Assembly (NCBI GenBank): GCA_963702845.1
Contig: OY969763.1
Location: forward strand, 448,001-512,000
DNA: 64,000 bases
Direction of reading: 5' to 3'
DNA from: an uncultured Verrucomicrobiae bacterium
GTDB lineage: Bacteria > Verrucomicrobiota > Verrucomicrobiia > Limisphaerales > Palsa-1400
How positions within the stretch are numbered: the first letter of the stretch is position 1; every line of letters begins with the position of its first letter. A program made the translations under genes and the position numbers. The notes beneath the pieces are model-generated. The model was given only the letters and a program-made list of their open reading frames with translations. It was not told the origin of the DNA and made no database searches. Of the stretch, positions 9,728 to 22,300 are shown piece after piece.

Positions 9728-11298
9728 CTAATCGTGCCAACCGCTGACGGCGATCAGATTAAGGTTCTCCAGGCGATTGACATCGTAAAGTGCCGGGACG
9801 TCAACCTTTCCGCCTTGTACGGCATGCTCGCTTACGAATCGACCAATTTGCTTGGCCCAACTGTAATAATAGGCCGCATCGTTGTTGCCGATTCTTTTAT
9901 AATATGGCGGGTACCGCAAAACTTCTTCGCCACGTGCTGGAATCAGCAACGAGCCAACAATCCAGAGCGTATGCCCAGAGTGAAGCGTCTCATACGCGCG
10001 ATTTGCCAATCCGCTTATAGGATCTGGCGACTGCATTGCCCGTTTCATTAGGTCGTAGCGCTGAATTCGAACCTCCTCCATTGGCGGCAGGGTCACGAAT
10101 CCAGCCGAAGGATAATATCTGCATAGCGAACAGGCATTGAACCAAGGCGCAACGATCACCAAGTCCCCCGGTTTGCAATCGGTTTTTAGTTTGCTTGCAA
10201 TGAGGTCGATATTCGTCTGGCGCAGTTTCGAACCTGACCAACAACCTGGGACCCATAGCACGGCGACAGCGATCACCACAATCGCGCGCCCTACGTTCGC
10301 GCTTTGGTTCAACTTACTCCAGATTACGTCGGCGCAAGCCAGAGTGGAAAATACCAAGGCCTCGGCGGAAGCCCGAGTCGCGACAGGAGTGTGATTTGGA
10401 AAATTGTCGCGAGCAAAAAAACGATAATGGCATAGACGACAGCGCGCGCTTTCAATCTTACCGCGAAAAAAATGCCGATGGCGATCGTCGCAATGAACGC
10501 GGCGATATAGATGGGCTGCATCAAAGGTTGGGCGGCGCTTAGTAATTCATTGAGTGCTTCCACAATTAGATGCATTGAGACCGGCCCGCGCGCGATATCG
10601 CGCCATTGTTCGCCTTTTTGGATGTTCGGCACGTGCGGCGGGAGTGACAATGCGGCGATCACCCCCACTGCCAGGCATAGTAGCGCAGTTTTGCGTTGCC
10701 TGTTCCATAAGCAGACGGCACATCCCGCTAGATCAAATGCCGCAATGTAAAACGCGCTTCGATACAGGCACTGCACGCTAAAGACCGCGGAGAGCGTCGC
10801 GCCAACGAACCATTTTATGTCGCGGCTTTCGACAAATTTCCAAATCATTCCGAGCGTCAGTACAGACGAACGCATATCCCAGTCCATATGGCCGCGGCGA
10901 ATCGCCAATGCGCAGCGCCAACGGATTCAGCGTATAAAACGCGAGTGCTAACAACGGAGTGCGTGCTCCGAGTAATCGTGCGCTGACCCATAGAACAATA
11001 AGCATCACGATCCCGACGATCAGGCCCAGGACGCGATAACCGAAGTCGGTCGAAGAGATGGTGAGAGTCCACACTCGCGCAATCCATTCGAAGAACGGCG
11101 GAAAATTATCGTAATGCACGTTGTCCCACATTTCGCCGAACGGCATATTGGCATACGCGATTGTGCCGCATTCATCGCGCCATAATGCAAATAAACCCCC
11201 CAGACGCTGAGCGCTATTGCGACGGACCACTCAATTCGCGTTGCTGGGTGATTTCGGACAACGGCTGGTTTGATGCGGTGTTGTTCGGCTACGGCCAC
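9728..11298 (-). pseudogene. GT-C-type (PMT/ArnT-like) membrane glycosyltransferase, split into four frames
   Basis: ALWRDE and FPPFF motifs, RPYGLG, many TM segments. Breaks near 11185, 10862 and 10340. Confidence 0.7.
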
Positions 11299-11515
11299 AC
11301 CGGACAGAAAAACGGATTTTCCCCAATCTGAACACTGAAAACTGAAGGTGCTCTCAAGTTTTTCTTGCTCCGACGCACGGCGTTCTTACCTTGGTAACCA
11401 TGTCGGGTTCCGTAGTTCCACTCGATCGAGTGCGTTTTTGCCCCTGCGCTTTGCTGGTGCCTATCGCGCCGGACGACCATCGTTTGCACCGGGCTGCGGA
11501 ATTGAGAGCGTCCTC

Positions 11516-12778
11516 ATGACAGCAGCCCGACGTCCCCTCCGCATCGCCTTCTTCAACTCCATGGAGCAAGCGAGTGGTGCCGAACAGTTAACCCGCGAAA
11601 CAGTCGAAGGCCTCAACGCGCGCGGCCACGATGCCCGGCTCTACGTCAAAATCCGCAGCAAATTACCGCGACCATACGTGCATAAAATTCCGTATTTTCG
11701 CGCCGAAGAAAATCTCGAAAGCCGTTTGCGGCGCCTCACCGGATGGAATGATTATTTCTTTCCATCCACATGGAGAATCGCTCGCGACCCGTGGATCAAA
11801 GGCGCTGATATCTGGCATTTTCATAACCTGCACGGTCACTACCTCAGTATTCCGCTACTCTCATCGCACAGCAGGAGACGGCCAATTGTGTTGTCGCCGG
11901 TAGACGAATTTTTGACCACCGGTTTTTGTCCGTATTCGCTGGGTTGCGAACGATTTCAGTCCGGATGCGGGTCATGCCCGCAGATCGACTTGCCGTATCC
12001 CGGCATCTCGCGCGATGCGACCCATCGCTTGTGGAATATGAAGCGCCGCGCGCTTAGTCGCGGACGTTTTCACTACCTCCTGCACACGGATTACTTGTTC
12101 AGCCACTTCTGCTCTGCCCTTGCGCTGACAAAAAATATTGATCGCCTTTATTACGGAGTGAACCTCGACGTGAACAAACCGCTGTCGCGCCCGCAATGCG
12201 CCGAGGAACGCGGGTTGAAGGTTTCGGGGCGACTTGTCGTGGGGCTTTTTCACAGTGACATCATGGAAGCCCGCAAAGGGTTGGTGCCGTTGCTGGATGG
12301 CTTGCAAAAATTAGCAAAAACGTCCCCTGGAAAACTTGAAGTCCTGGTTGTTGGACGCGGCAGCGAAAAGGTCAAATCGCGCGAGACACCTGATTTGCCC
12401 GTTCAATTTTTGCCCTTCCTCCGTTCGGAACATGAGCTTGCCCAGGCTCTGAATCTTTGTGATGTGCTGCTGTATCCGACGCGCGCCGACAACCTGTCAC
12501 TGACGTGCCTTTGTGCGCTCGCCTGTGGCGTGCCGGTGATCAGTTCAGCAGTTGGCGGGCAGGTCGAGGCGATCCATGATAATCAAAACGGTTTTTTGAC
12601 AGCAGTCGGCGATAATGCCGCGATTTTGAATAAGGTGCGTGTTCTCTTGGAAAATCCGCAGTTGAAATCAGCCATGAGCGCAAGGGCGCGCCAGTCTGCC
12701 GTCGAAAACTTTGATATTGGCGTTTATGTCGATCGGTTGATCGAATATTATTACTCGGATGTCCTCGCCCGAACCTAA
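11516..12778 (+). CDS. Glycosyltransferase family 4 (WcaC-like)
   Basis: SGAE, DIWHFHNLHG, TGFCPY..GC.RF..GCGSCP, RKG, ADNL...ALACGVPVI..VGG. Confidence 0.9.
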   Translation: MTAARRPLRIAFFNSMEQASGAEQLTRETVEGLNARGHDARLYVKIRSKLPRPYVHKIPYFRAEENLESRLRRLTGWNDYFFPSTWRIARDPWIKGADIWHFHNLHGHYLSIPLLSSHSRRRPIVLSPVDEFLTTGFCPYSLGCERFQSGCGSCPQIDLPYPGISRDATHRLWNMKRRALSRGRFHYLLHTDYLFSHFCSALALTKNIDRLYYGVNLDVNKPLSRPQCAEERGLKVSGRLVVGLFHSDIMEARKGLVPLLDGLQKLAKTSPGKLEVLVVGRGSEKVKSRETPDLPVQFLPFLRSEHELAQALNLCDVLLYPTRADNLSLTCLCALACGVPVISSAVGGQVEAIHDNQNGFLTAVGDNAAILNKVRVLLENPQLKSAMSARARQSAVENFDIGVYVDRLIEYYYSDVLART

Positions 12779-13703
12779 ACAAAAACTGGTCGTTGTCATG
12801 GGAGGGTTTGGCTTTATCGGGAGCGAAGTTTGCCGCGCTCTGGTTTCGCAAGGTTATCTTGTGCGAGTTTTCCAAAAGGAATCCTCATCTCCGTCGCGGC
12901 TTGGTCCCGTGTTAAATTCCGTGGAGGTGTTTCGCGGCGATCAATGTTCGGCCGTGGACGTCATTGCGGCGCTCAAGGATGCCCACACAGTTATCCATTT
13001 GATTCATACCACTGTCCCGGGTTCTTCAATGAGCAGGCCGGGATTCGATCTGCAGAGCAATGTTGTTGCGTTGACCGGGTGGTTGTCGCGGCTTGGTGAA
13101 ACATCTGTCAAACGCGTGATATACGTGTCCTCGGGTGGAACCGTTTACGGAGTGGCAAAAGCGCTCCCAATTCCTGAACAGCACGAGCTCAATCCGATTT
13201 GCGCCTATGGCATCACCAAGCTCGCATGCGAAAAGTTTGTCGCCATGTATTCCAAGCTCAGTGGCGTGGATTATCGCATTCTGCGGCCGGCCAATGCGTA
13301 TGGTGAACTACAACCCTCCGACCGCGGGCAGGGTGTGATGGCGGTGATCGCCGCGCGCATCGCCAAAGGTCAGCCGTTGGAAATCTGGGGAAGCGGACGA
13401 GCGCAGCGTGATTACATTCACGTCAGTGACGTTGCTACTTCAATTGCCGCCGCAGTCGAATACACCGGCGATGCGCGGGTTTTCAATGTCTCGACGGGTA
13501 TTGGTAAATCCGTCATCGACCTCGTCGAACATTTCAAAAAACGCGTGCCGGATCTGCCGCCGGTGCAACATTTGCCCGAACGTGGATTCGATGTGCCCGA
13601 CAATGTCCTGGACAACACGCTGCTTTGCCGCGAGCTGGGGTGGAAACCGCGAGTCACTGTGGAAGAAGGTATCGACCGCATGCTCCACGCGATTCGCAGC
13701 TGA
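12759..13703 (+). CDS. NAD-dependent epimerase/dehydratase
   Basis: GGFGFIG, SSGGTVYG, YGITK, RDYIHVSD. Confidence 0.92.
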   Translation: MSSPEPKQKLVVVMGGFGFIGSEVCRALVSQGYLVRVFQKESSSPSRLGPVLNSVEVFRGDQCSAVDVIAALKDAHTVIHLIHTTVPGSSMSRPGFDLQSNVVALTGWLSRLGETSVKRVIYVSSGGTVYGVAKALPIPEQHELNPICAYGITKLACEKFVAMYSKLSGVDYRILRPANAYGELQPSDRGQGVMAVIAARIAKGQPLEIWGSGRAQRDYIHVSDVATSIAAAVEYTGDARVFNVSTGIGKSVIDLVEHFKKRVPDLPPVQHLPERGFDVPDNVLDNTLLCRELGWKPRVTVEEGIDRMLHAIRS

Positions 13704-13723
13704 TGCGGTCGTTGTTCATGCGT

Positions 13724-14614
13724 TCACTCGCGCCGCTGCTTCTTGGCGAACCAATGTTCGAGATCTTTATTGATCAATTTCGCGGTAGCGCCGACGTCAT
13801 CACGATAACGTTCCAACAATGCAACACGCGTTTCTGCGCGGAGCGCGGGTGGTTTGCCCGATCGAATCCCGCGTTGCAGGAGCGCGTCGCGTTGTTCCTT
13901 GGTCGGTAAGTTATGGAAGAATTTGTTATTCACCTTGCGCAACCAAAACTGAAGCATCGGGTGAATCACGCCAACGCTCGGGTTGGAAACTTCTGTAGTT
14001 GCTGCATACGGTCCTATTTTTAAAAATTCGCGCACCGTCGCGTAGTCCGTTTTGATGGCAGCGACCAATTCCTCGAACGTCATCACCAGCACATTGCCCG
14101 GGAACAAATCGAAGTAACGTTTTACCTGCTCGGAATAGAGGCCCGCGCGGAAATACAAATAATTATAGTAATATTGCGGCTCCCAGAAGTTCGGGATTTT
14201 CTTGCGCGCCCGACGCTCCTCAATCATCAGCGCTTTTTCAAAACTCGAAACGTATTCATAGCCTTCCTGCACCATCCAGCAGTACATCGAATAGGCGCGG
14301 TCAGCAGGGTTGCGCAGAATGATGATGATCTTCGCATTCGGATCGTACTTGTGAATATTCGCCGGCTGCCGACGGATCCGTCAAAGGTAAGCAGTGGACG
14401 CTTCACCAATCCAGCGCTGCTGCGGTTTTGCGTCGTCGAAGAGGGGGAAATATTTGTTCGGGTTTTTATACCACGTGATCAGATTTGAAAAATGCGATGG
14501 CTCCTTATGCAAATCATCCGGCATGAACACCTCAGGATGATCTTTCAAGTAATCGTAGAGAGTCGTCGTGCCTGATTTCGCCGCGCCGACAATGAAGAAA
14601 TTAGGTTTGTTCAC
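13724..14614 (-). pseudogene. Sulfotransferase with an internal stop caused by compensating indels
   Basis: PNFFIVGAAKSGTT 5'-PSB motif, GEASTAYL, LRNPADRAYS. TGA at about 14381; the frame is restored within about 20 bp. Confidence 0.8.
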
Positions 14615-14657
14615 CGCGAAGTTCCGAGTGTACGCGGAACGGGCCTGATGTAAAACA

Positions 14658-16054
14658 TCAACCTTTTACAACTTCATCAATCGCTTCGCGTAAAACAGCC
14701 AAACCGTCGCGCAAAGCTTCTTCGGTAATCGTCAGCGGCGGCGCAATTTTCACGGTTTGTCCCCACGCGCCGACCGGTGAGAAAAACAGCAACCCTTTAT
14801 GAAAGCACTTTTCGATAATGGCGTGGGCGATGTCGTGATCGGGTTCTTTATGCGTGGCTCCGCGACGTTCCGCTTCCGCGCTTCACAATCTGCACCCCAC
14901 CCACCAAACCCGTCGCCGTGACGTGCCCAATGATATCGCTGATGTTTTTTCTGCAACGCGCGCAGACCGGTCTCAAGAATCGGCCCGAGATTCGCCGCGT
15001 TTTCAGTCAGCTTGTCGTCTATGATTTTCTTGACGCTGGCGAGAGCCGCTGCAACGCAAACCGGATTGCCAGTATGAGTGCTCGTCATCGAACCTGGCCC
15101 GAATTGGTCCATGATTTCCGTCCGGCCAATCACTGCCGACAAGGGCAGCGAACTGCTGATTCCCTTTCCGCAGCAAATCAGGTCAGGCGTAACGCCGTAA
15201 TGTTCGAAGGCCCAGAACTTACCCGGTGCGGCCGAACCCGGCCTGCACTTCGTCAAAAATCAGCACGACATCATTCTTCTTACACCACGCCGCGAGCTCT
15301 TTAATATATGGCACCGGCGCGAAATCGGGGCCGACGCCCTGATAGCTTTCGATAATCACCCCCGCGACGTTTTGATCCTCCAAGCCCTTCTTCTGAATCG
15401 TGCTGCAGGAACAAATCGAAACTGGTGTCTTCCGTCCAGTAACCGTCCGGGAACGGCACCTGCACAATCGCCGGATCTTCATTCACGATCCAACCCTTCT
15501 GCCCTGGAATACCGCCCGCCTGTTGCGCGCCGAGTGTGCGTCCGTGAAATCCACGTTCAGCGCCGATGATGCCGATTTTTTTGTTGCCGCCCTTCTTAAT
15601 GCCGTAAGAACGGGCCAGCTTGATCGCGCACTCCGTCGCTTCGGAACCGGTCGTGAGAAGGAAAACTTTATCGAGCCCTTTCGGCGCGACGCTTACCAGC
15701 AATTCCGCCAACTCCGCCCGTTCTTCGCTTGGAAAAACATAATTGTGCAACAACCCGCTGTTGACCTGATCGATAATCGCCTTGCGGATTTCCGGCATGC
15801 CATGCCCCGCGTTTGTCACTAATACACCCGAACTCCAATCCAGCCAGCGGTTACCATACTTATCGTAAACAAAAACATCCTCGGCGCGGTCCCAGACAAG
15901 AGGCGGCTGGCCGCGCATCGAAATCGGTTCAAACTTGCGCAACTTTTCCAGCGTCGGCACCGAATCAGGATGAGGCAGGGGAGTGACGATCGCGGCGAAA
16001 CTTCGTTTCAACGTGCGGCACGGTTTTAGGGGCAATACTGAATTCTTTTCCCAT
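14658..16054 (-). pseudogene. Class III PLP-dependent aminotransferase with multiple frameshifts
   Basis: MGKEFSIAP start; D..GNRWLDWSSG...NAGH; TGSEATECAIK; FHGRT; FDEVQAGFGRTG; PDLICCGKG; IAPPLTI. The motifs lie in several different frames. Confidence 0.85.
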
Positions 16055-16209
16055 ATATATAAAAGCGAGTATAAGAATGTTTTGGACCGCGCAAATAAAG
16101 GCAAAAGCTTTGCTAAAACGTGCTCCCCGCATTCAACTTTCTATTCTGAAAAGTAACATAGCGTTTGTAGTGTAAAACATTGCCTTACGCTTAATTGTTT
16201 ATTCTGATG

Positions 16210-16237
16210 TTGACACGGGGTCGACCCCGATGATAAA
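16210..16237 (+). promoter_or_regulatory. Putative sigma70 promoter of the adhesin, with a palindrome in the spacer
   Basis: TTGACA, then the perfect 14-bp palindrome CGGGGTCGACCCCG (16216-16229), then ATGATAAA. Confidence 0.5.
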
Positions 16238-16337
16238 ACGACCGGAAATCCAGATAGAAAACGTATCCGCATCGCGTTGTTTAGTGTACGAATATTAGTC
16301 CAATAACACAGGGTCTGTACCCTTGGGTAACCAACTT

Positions 16338-19300
16338 ATGAACAAATCAAAACTGATCCGTTCTGCTTCATCGTCTCTAGATACTTTTCCGAAGACTAAC
16401 TCACAGACTTTACGCCAAACTGCCACCTCGAAACTTATGAAAAAACTCCTTGTCTCCGCTGCGCTGGTTGTCCTGTGCGCGCAAAACGCAACAGCAAGCA
16501 TCTTTTTCGATGTCAACTCAACGACTGCGGGTACCGGTATTACGTCCGGGGGCAGCTTCACATGGGAGGGCAATTTCTGGACCACCACTTCGGGCGGCAC
16601 TACCGCGACCACTGCATACGACACGCTGGCCCCGACGGATGGCACCTTCTTCCCAAGGTTCACCTCCAGCGTAACCGGTGGTTACACCGTCACAGCGAAC
16701 GCAAACCATAGTATCGCTGGCATGTTGATGAGCACTACTACCGGCACTCTTACCATTCAAGGGACTGGAGTGCTGTCAATCAATGCTGGCCTACAGGGAT
16801 TTTTCGGCGGCTCCGGCTTCATGAGCATTTCGTCTAAGCTCACCGGGCCGGGTGGGGTTGTTGGTTCATCGGGCCAGATTTTCCTGAACGGCGTCAATGA
16901 TTACGCTGGCGGAACGACCCCCGGTAGTGGCCTTATCAATTTTAACAGCGGTAGTTCTTTCGGCACCGGCCATTTCGTCATGACCTCTTCGGGGGGCGCA
17001 TTGATTGTTGAGGGCACATCGGCGATTACGATTACCAATGATTGGGACCTCAGCTTGGCTACAACTACTATTAACTGTGTCGGCAATCCTGCTGGTGTAA
17101 CCTATAGCGGAGTGATACCGTTGGGCGCTAATACCTTCAACATCGGTAGCGGTGGCGCTACCGCGAACATCAATACTTTCTCCGGTCTCATTAGCGGCAC
17201 CGGTAACCTCGGGAGATCGGCCGGCCAGAGCCCTGCTGGAATCATCGTTCTAACCGGTGCCAATACTTACACGGGCAAGACTTCCCTCCAATCCGGAAAT
17301 ACATCCGTGAGTTCGATTAACTCGGTGACGACCCCGGCCCAGCAAACCACTAGCTGTTTGGGAAAACCCAGCAGTGCGGCCAATGGCATCCTTGCCTTCG
17401 GCGGCACCACTGTTCCTGGCATATTGACCTACACGGGGACTGGTGAAACCACCGACCGTGTGATCGACCTTGCTGGCACATCTGGCGGCGCGACGATTGA
17501 TCAATCGGGAACGGGTCTGCTGAAATTTACATCGGCTAATACAGCGTCTGGTATCGGCAGCAAAACGTTAACCCTTCAAGGTGCCACTGCTGGCACTGGC
17601 GAATTCGCGGGAATTATTTCTGATAACACAACAGTAGGTTCAACCGTTACAACCTTCAGCTTTCCAATCAATTCGGTCAACATTACGAATGCTTCGGTCG
17701 ACGGCATGACCGTGGGCGCGGCCATTGCCGGTACCGGCATTGCCGGTGGCGCTACTATTACCGCAATCAACACTGCCACCAAAGTTGTTACCATTACCCC
17801 GGCAGCAACCTCCGCCGGAACTCTTGGCGAAACGATCACCGTTGCCGGCACCAAAAATCTCACGTCGGTTCTTAAAACCGGCAGCGGCAAATGGACCCTC
17901 TCTGGTGTCAATACTTACAGCGGAACGACAACTCTTAACACCGCTGGACAGCTTAATTTGGCCAACTCCTCATCCCTCGGCACCAGCGCATTTGTAATTG
18001 CCCAAAACGGTTTATTTGACAACGTCAGCGGCGGCGATCTCACCATTGCTAACAGTATCGCACTGAGCGGTGGCAGCCCGACCTATGTTGGTAGCGCAAA
18101 TAACATGACTATCACTGGCCCTGCTTCGATCGCGGGTGCCACTCGCACCATCACTGTTACAGCAAAAACGTTGACACTGACTCAAGGTATTACTCAAGAC
18201 AGTGCGCGTGCCTTCACAAAGGCAGGTAACGGAACCCTCGTTCTTTCCGGTGCATGCGCCTACACCGGCGCAACAACCATTAACGGTGGCACGTTGCGCG
18301 TCGATGGCAGTACTTCCAGCAGCTCTGCGGTGACTGTCGCTGCGGCAGGAACTCTTGGCGGTAACGGCACGGTTGCTGGCACCGTCACGGTGAATGGCAC
18401 TATTTCTCCTGGCGCAAGCCCGGGCACGCTCACCACCGGTGCCGAAACATGGGCCGGAGCCGGCAACTACGTTTGGGAAATCAATGATTTCAACGGTTCG
18501 ATCGGTTCCGCTTACGACACCATTAACGCAACTTCGGCCAACATCACCGCAACCACCGGCAGCAAGTTCAATATCAAAGTCACTTCGCTCAACGGCACCA
18601 GCGCTGGTACGGCGGTAAATTTCAATGGCAACACCGATTATGACTTCACCATTCTCCATACCACGGGCGGCATCACGGGTAATGGCGTTGCCGCGCTTAA
18701 CGTCGATACGTCAGCCTTCCAAAACACTCTTGGGAACGGTGGCTTCTTCTTTCTGACAATCTCGGGCAACGACTTGGTTCTCTCCTATCGCCGCGCTGCA
18801 TTCATTGCCAGCAATCCTGGATCGCTGGCCTTGGCTGCTGGTGCAACCGCTAACTTCTCCGGCAGCGCGACCGGTTCGGGCAGCGTTACTTACCAATGGA
18901 AAAAGGGTGGCGTCAATCTTTCCAATGGCTCGCAACCCGGCAATTCGGTCGTTTCAGGCGCGACAACAGCAGCGCTGACCGTCTTAGGTGTCACCTATCA
19001 GGATGAGGGTGCTTACACCTTGGTGGCTACCGGAACTTATGGCGCCGCTGCGACATCGTCAGCAGCCGCCTTGACCGTCACCGACCCGCCCGTTATCACC
19101 AGCCCAACCAGTGACAGCACGGTTGTGAAAGACGCTGGTCAAAACCAGGTTCTGACGGTTACCCAAACTGGGCGCGTTGGCACTTACCAATGGAAAAAAG
19201 GTGCAGGCAACCTGAGCAATGGCGCATTTGACAATGCCGCGACCGTTAGTGGCGCGACGGCGGCGACCTTGACATTGGCAAGCGTTCGCGGCGCCGACGC

Positions 19301-22300
19301 TGGCATCTATAGCGTCGTCATAACCACCACCGATGGCAACGCCACCAGCGCGAACACGACCTTGCAAGTCAATGATCCCGCCATTGCTATTCAGCCAGCG
19401 AGTTCGACGTTTGAGTGTGGCTCGAGCAACGCCCTGACCGTGACAGCATTCGGCACGACCAACGCCAACGGCCTTCTGACCTATCAATGGTATACGCCTG
19501 ATCCGAGTGGCACGGCCATTACGGATGCGACCAATTCAGTCCTGTCCTTCCCGACGGTTTCCTTTGCTAACGCGGGCAGCTACTCAGTGGTTGTGAGCAA
19601 CGCGCTCGGCAACTTCATCACCAGCTCGGTTGTCGTCGTGACCATTGAAGACACCAACGCACCTGTAATTAGCGTCATCGGCGGCGCAGCCACGGCTGAA
19701 TGTCACACCTCCTACAGCGATGCCGGCGCAACCGCGACCGACAGCTGCGACGGTTCTGTCAGTGTCAGCACGGCTGGTTTGCCGAACATTAATGCCACTG
19801 GCGATTACACCGTTACCTACACTGCGACCGATTCGCATGCCAACTCCAGCACGGCGACTCGTCTCGTTCACATTCAAGACACGACCGTGCCGACCCTCAC
19901 CTTGCTCGGCTCGGCCGAACTCACGATCAGCTGCGGCACGCCTTACAGCGATGCCGGTGCGACCGCGAGCGACTCGTGTGCAGGCACCATCACCGGGTCG
20001 ATCATCGTCAACTACGGCGGTTTAGTTCCCGCTGCCCCTATCGGCGGCGATTACACCATCACCTATAACGTCCAGGACCCATCCGGCAACGCCGCCATCG
20101 CGGTGACTCGTCTCGTCCACGTGGTTGACAGCACTCCGCCGGTCATCACCGTGCAAGGCGCGAGCCCTGTCACCGTCGAATGCCACAGCAGCTACACGGA
20201 TGCAGGCGCAACCGCCAACGACAACTGTGCTGGCGTCGTCACTCCGACGACCAGCGGCTCAGTAGATGCCAATACTGTTGGTAACTACACCCTCACCTAC
20301 TCCGCCACCGACGGCGTCAACATCTCGACGGCCACTCGCGTGGTCCATGTTACTGACACGACTGCTCCTGTCATCACCTTGAACGGTGGAGCGGCCGTGA
20401 CAAACGAATGCCACACTTCCTACAGCGACCCGAGCGCCTCGGCCAGCGATGATTGCGATGCCGGCGCGTTGGTCAGCACCAGTGGCACCGTTGACCTGAA
20501 CACCGTGGGTGTTTACACCCGCACCTACACGGCGACTGATGCTTCGGGCAATCACAGCTCGACCACTCGTCAGATCACGGTCAGCGATACAGTTGCCCCG
20601 GTGATCACAGTCACTGCCGGCGTTTCCACAGTTGAATGCCACACCTCATACACCGATGCTGGCGCGACCGCCGCTGATGCCTGCGATGCCGCCCCGAGCG
20701 TTGGCACAACTGGTTCAGTTGATGCGAACACGACTGGCAATTACACCATCACCTATACGGCGCAGGACGCGTCGGGTAACAGTTCCACCGCCACTCGCGT
20801 GGTGACCGTGGTTGATGGCACCGCCCCGGTGGTTACGCTCAATGGCGCTGCTTCCGTGACACTTGAGTGCCACGGCTCATTCAGTGACCCAGGCGCGAGC
20901 GCCTCGGATACCTGCGATGCCAGCGTCACCGTCTCCACCAGCGGCGTGTTAGACGCAAACACACCTGGTGTATACACCCTGACCTACAGCTCGACGGATC
21001 TTGCCAGCAACACCGGCACTGCGACCCGCACTGTTACCGTCTCTGATAACGCCGCTCCTGTGGTGACCTTGACTGGCGCAGCGAGCGTCACAGTGGAATG
21101 TCACAGCAGCTATACCGAAGCGGGTGCAACGGCCAACGATGCCTGCGAAGGTTCCGTCAGCGTGAACACGACTGGTTCAGTTGATGCGAACACTGTTGGT
21201 AACTACACCTTGACCTACGGAGCTTGCGACTCCGGCAGCCATTGCGCGGCAACCACTCGTATCGTCCACGTCATTGACACCGCCGCCCCTTTGGTGACGA
21301 TCAACGGCACCTCGCCGATGACGGTGGAATGCCATGGCAGCTTCAGCGATCCTGGTGCTACATCAGCCGATGATTGCGATGCCGGTCCGAGCGTCGTGAC
21401 CAGCGGCAGCGTCAATGCGAACGCGGTTGGTTTCTACACCTTGACCTATAGCTCGACAGATGCCGCCAACAACACCGGCAGCGCGACCCGCGTGGTTCAC
21501 GTCACTGATACGGTTGCTCCTGTCATCACCGTCACTGGCGGCGATCAAACCGTGGAATGCCACGACACCTTCACTGATGCCGGCGCAACCGCGGCGGACG
21601 CCTGCGAAGGCGATGTGAGCACCAACATTGCTGTGAGCGGCAGCGTCGATGCCAACACCGTTGGTGTCTACACCTTGACCTACAGCGTGGCCGATGGCAG
21701 CGGCAACCCCGCCTCCGCAACCCGTATCGTGACCGTCAATGACACGGTTCCTCCTGTGATTACCGTCACCGGTGGCACCACGGTCAGCGCCTGCCAATTC
21801 GTCGCGTATAACGATGCCGGCGCGACAGCAAATGACGCCTGCACCGGCAGCGTCAGCGTGAGCAGCAGCGGCAGCGTCGACACCAGCACCGCTGGAGCCT
21901 ATACCTTGACCTACAGCGCCCAGGACACGACCGGCAACACCGCCACGGCCATCCGCGTGGTCACCGTTGGTCCTTGCAACGCGGTTATCACCCAGCAACC
22001 GCATGACACCAACGTCAATGCGAACGCTTCGTTCACCTTGAGCGTGACAGCCGTTTCGGGCAACCCGATCACCTATCAGTGGAAGACCAATGGCGTTGCC
22101 ATCAGTGGGGCGACCGACTCGAGCTACACTGTGGCCCATGCCTTCCGTGGCAATGCCGGCACCTACACGGTTGACGTGATCAGTGGCGTGACGACCATCA
22201 CCAGCGACCCTGCAGTGGTGACCGTCCAGGATCCTGCCTTCACCATCAACCCGATATCGCAGACCTTGGCGGTTGGAGTGAATACGAACCTGAGCCTGGT

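Noticed and set aside
14375..14390. In-frame TGA in the sulfotransferase as selenocysteine or readthrough
   Set aside because: The expected residues (LTDPSAA) lie in a shifted frame, so paired indels explain it better.
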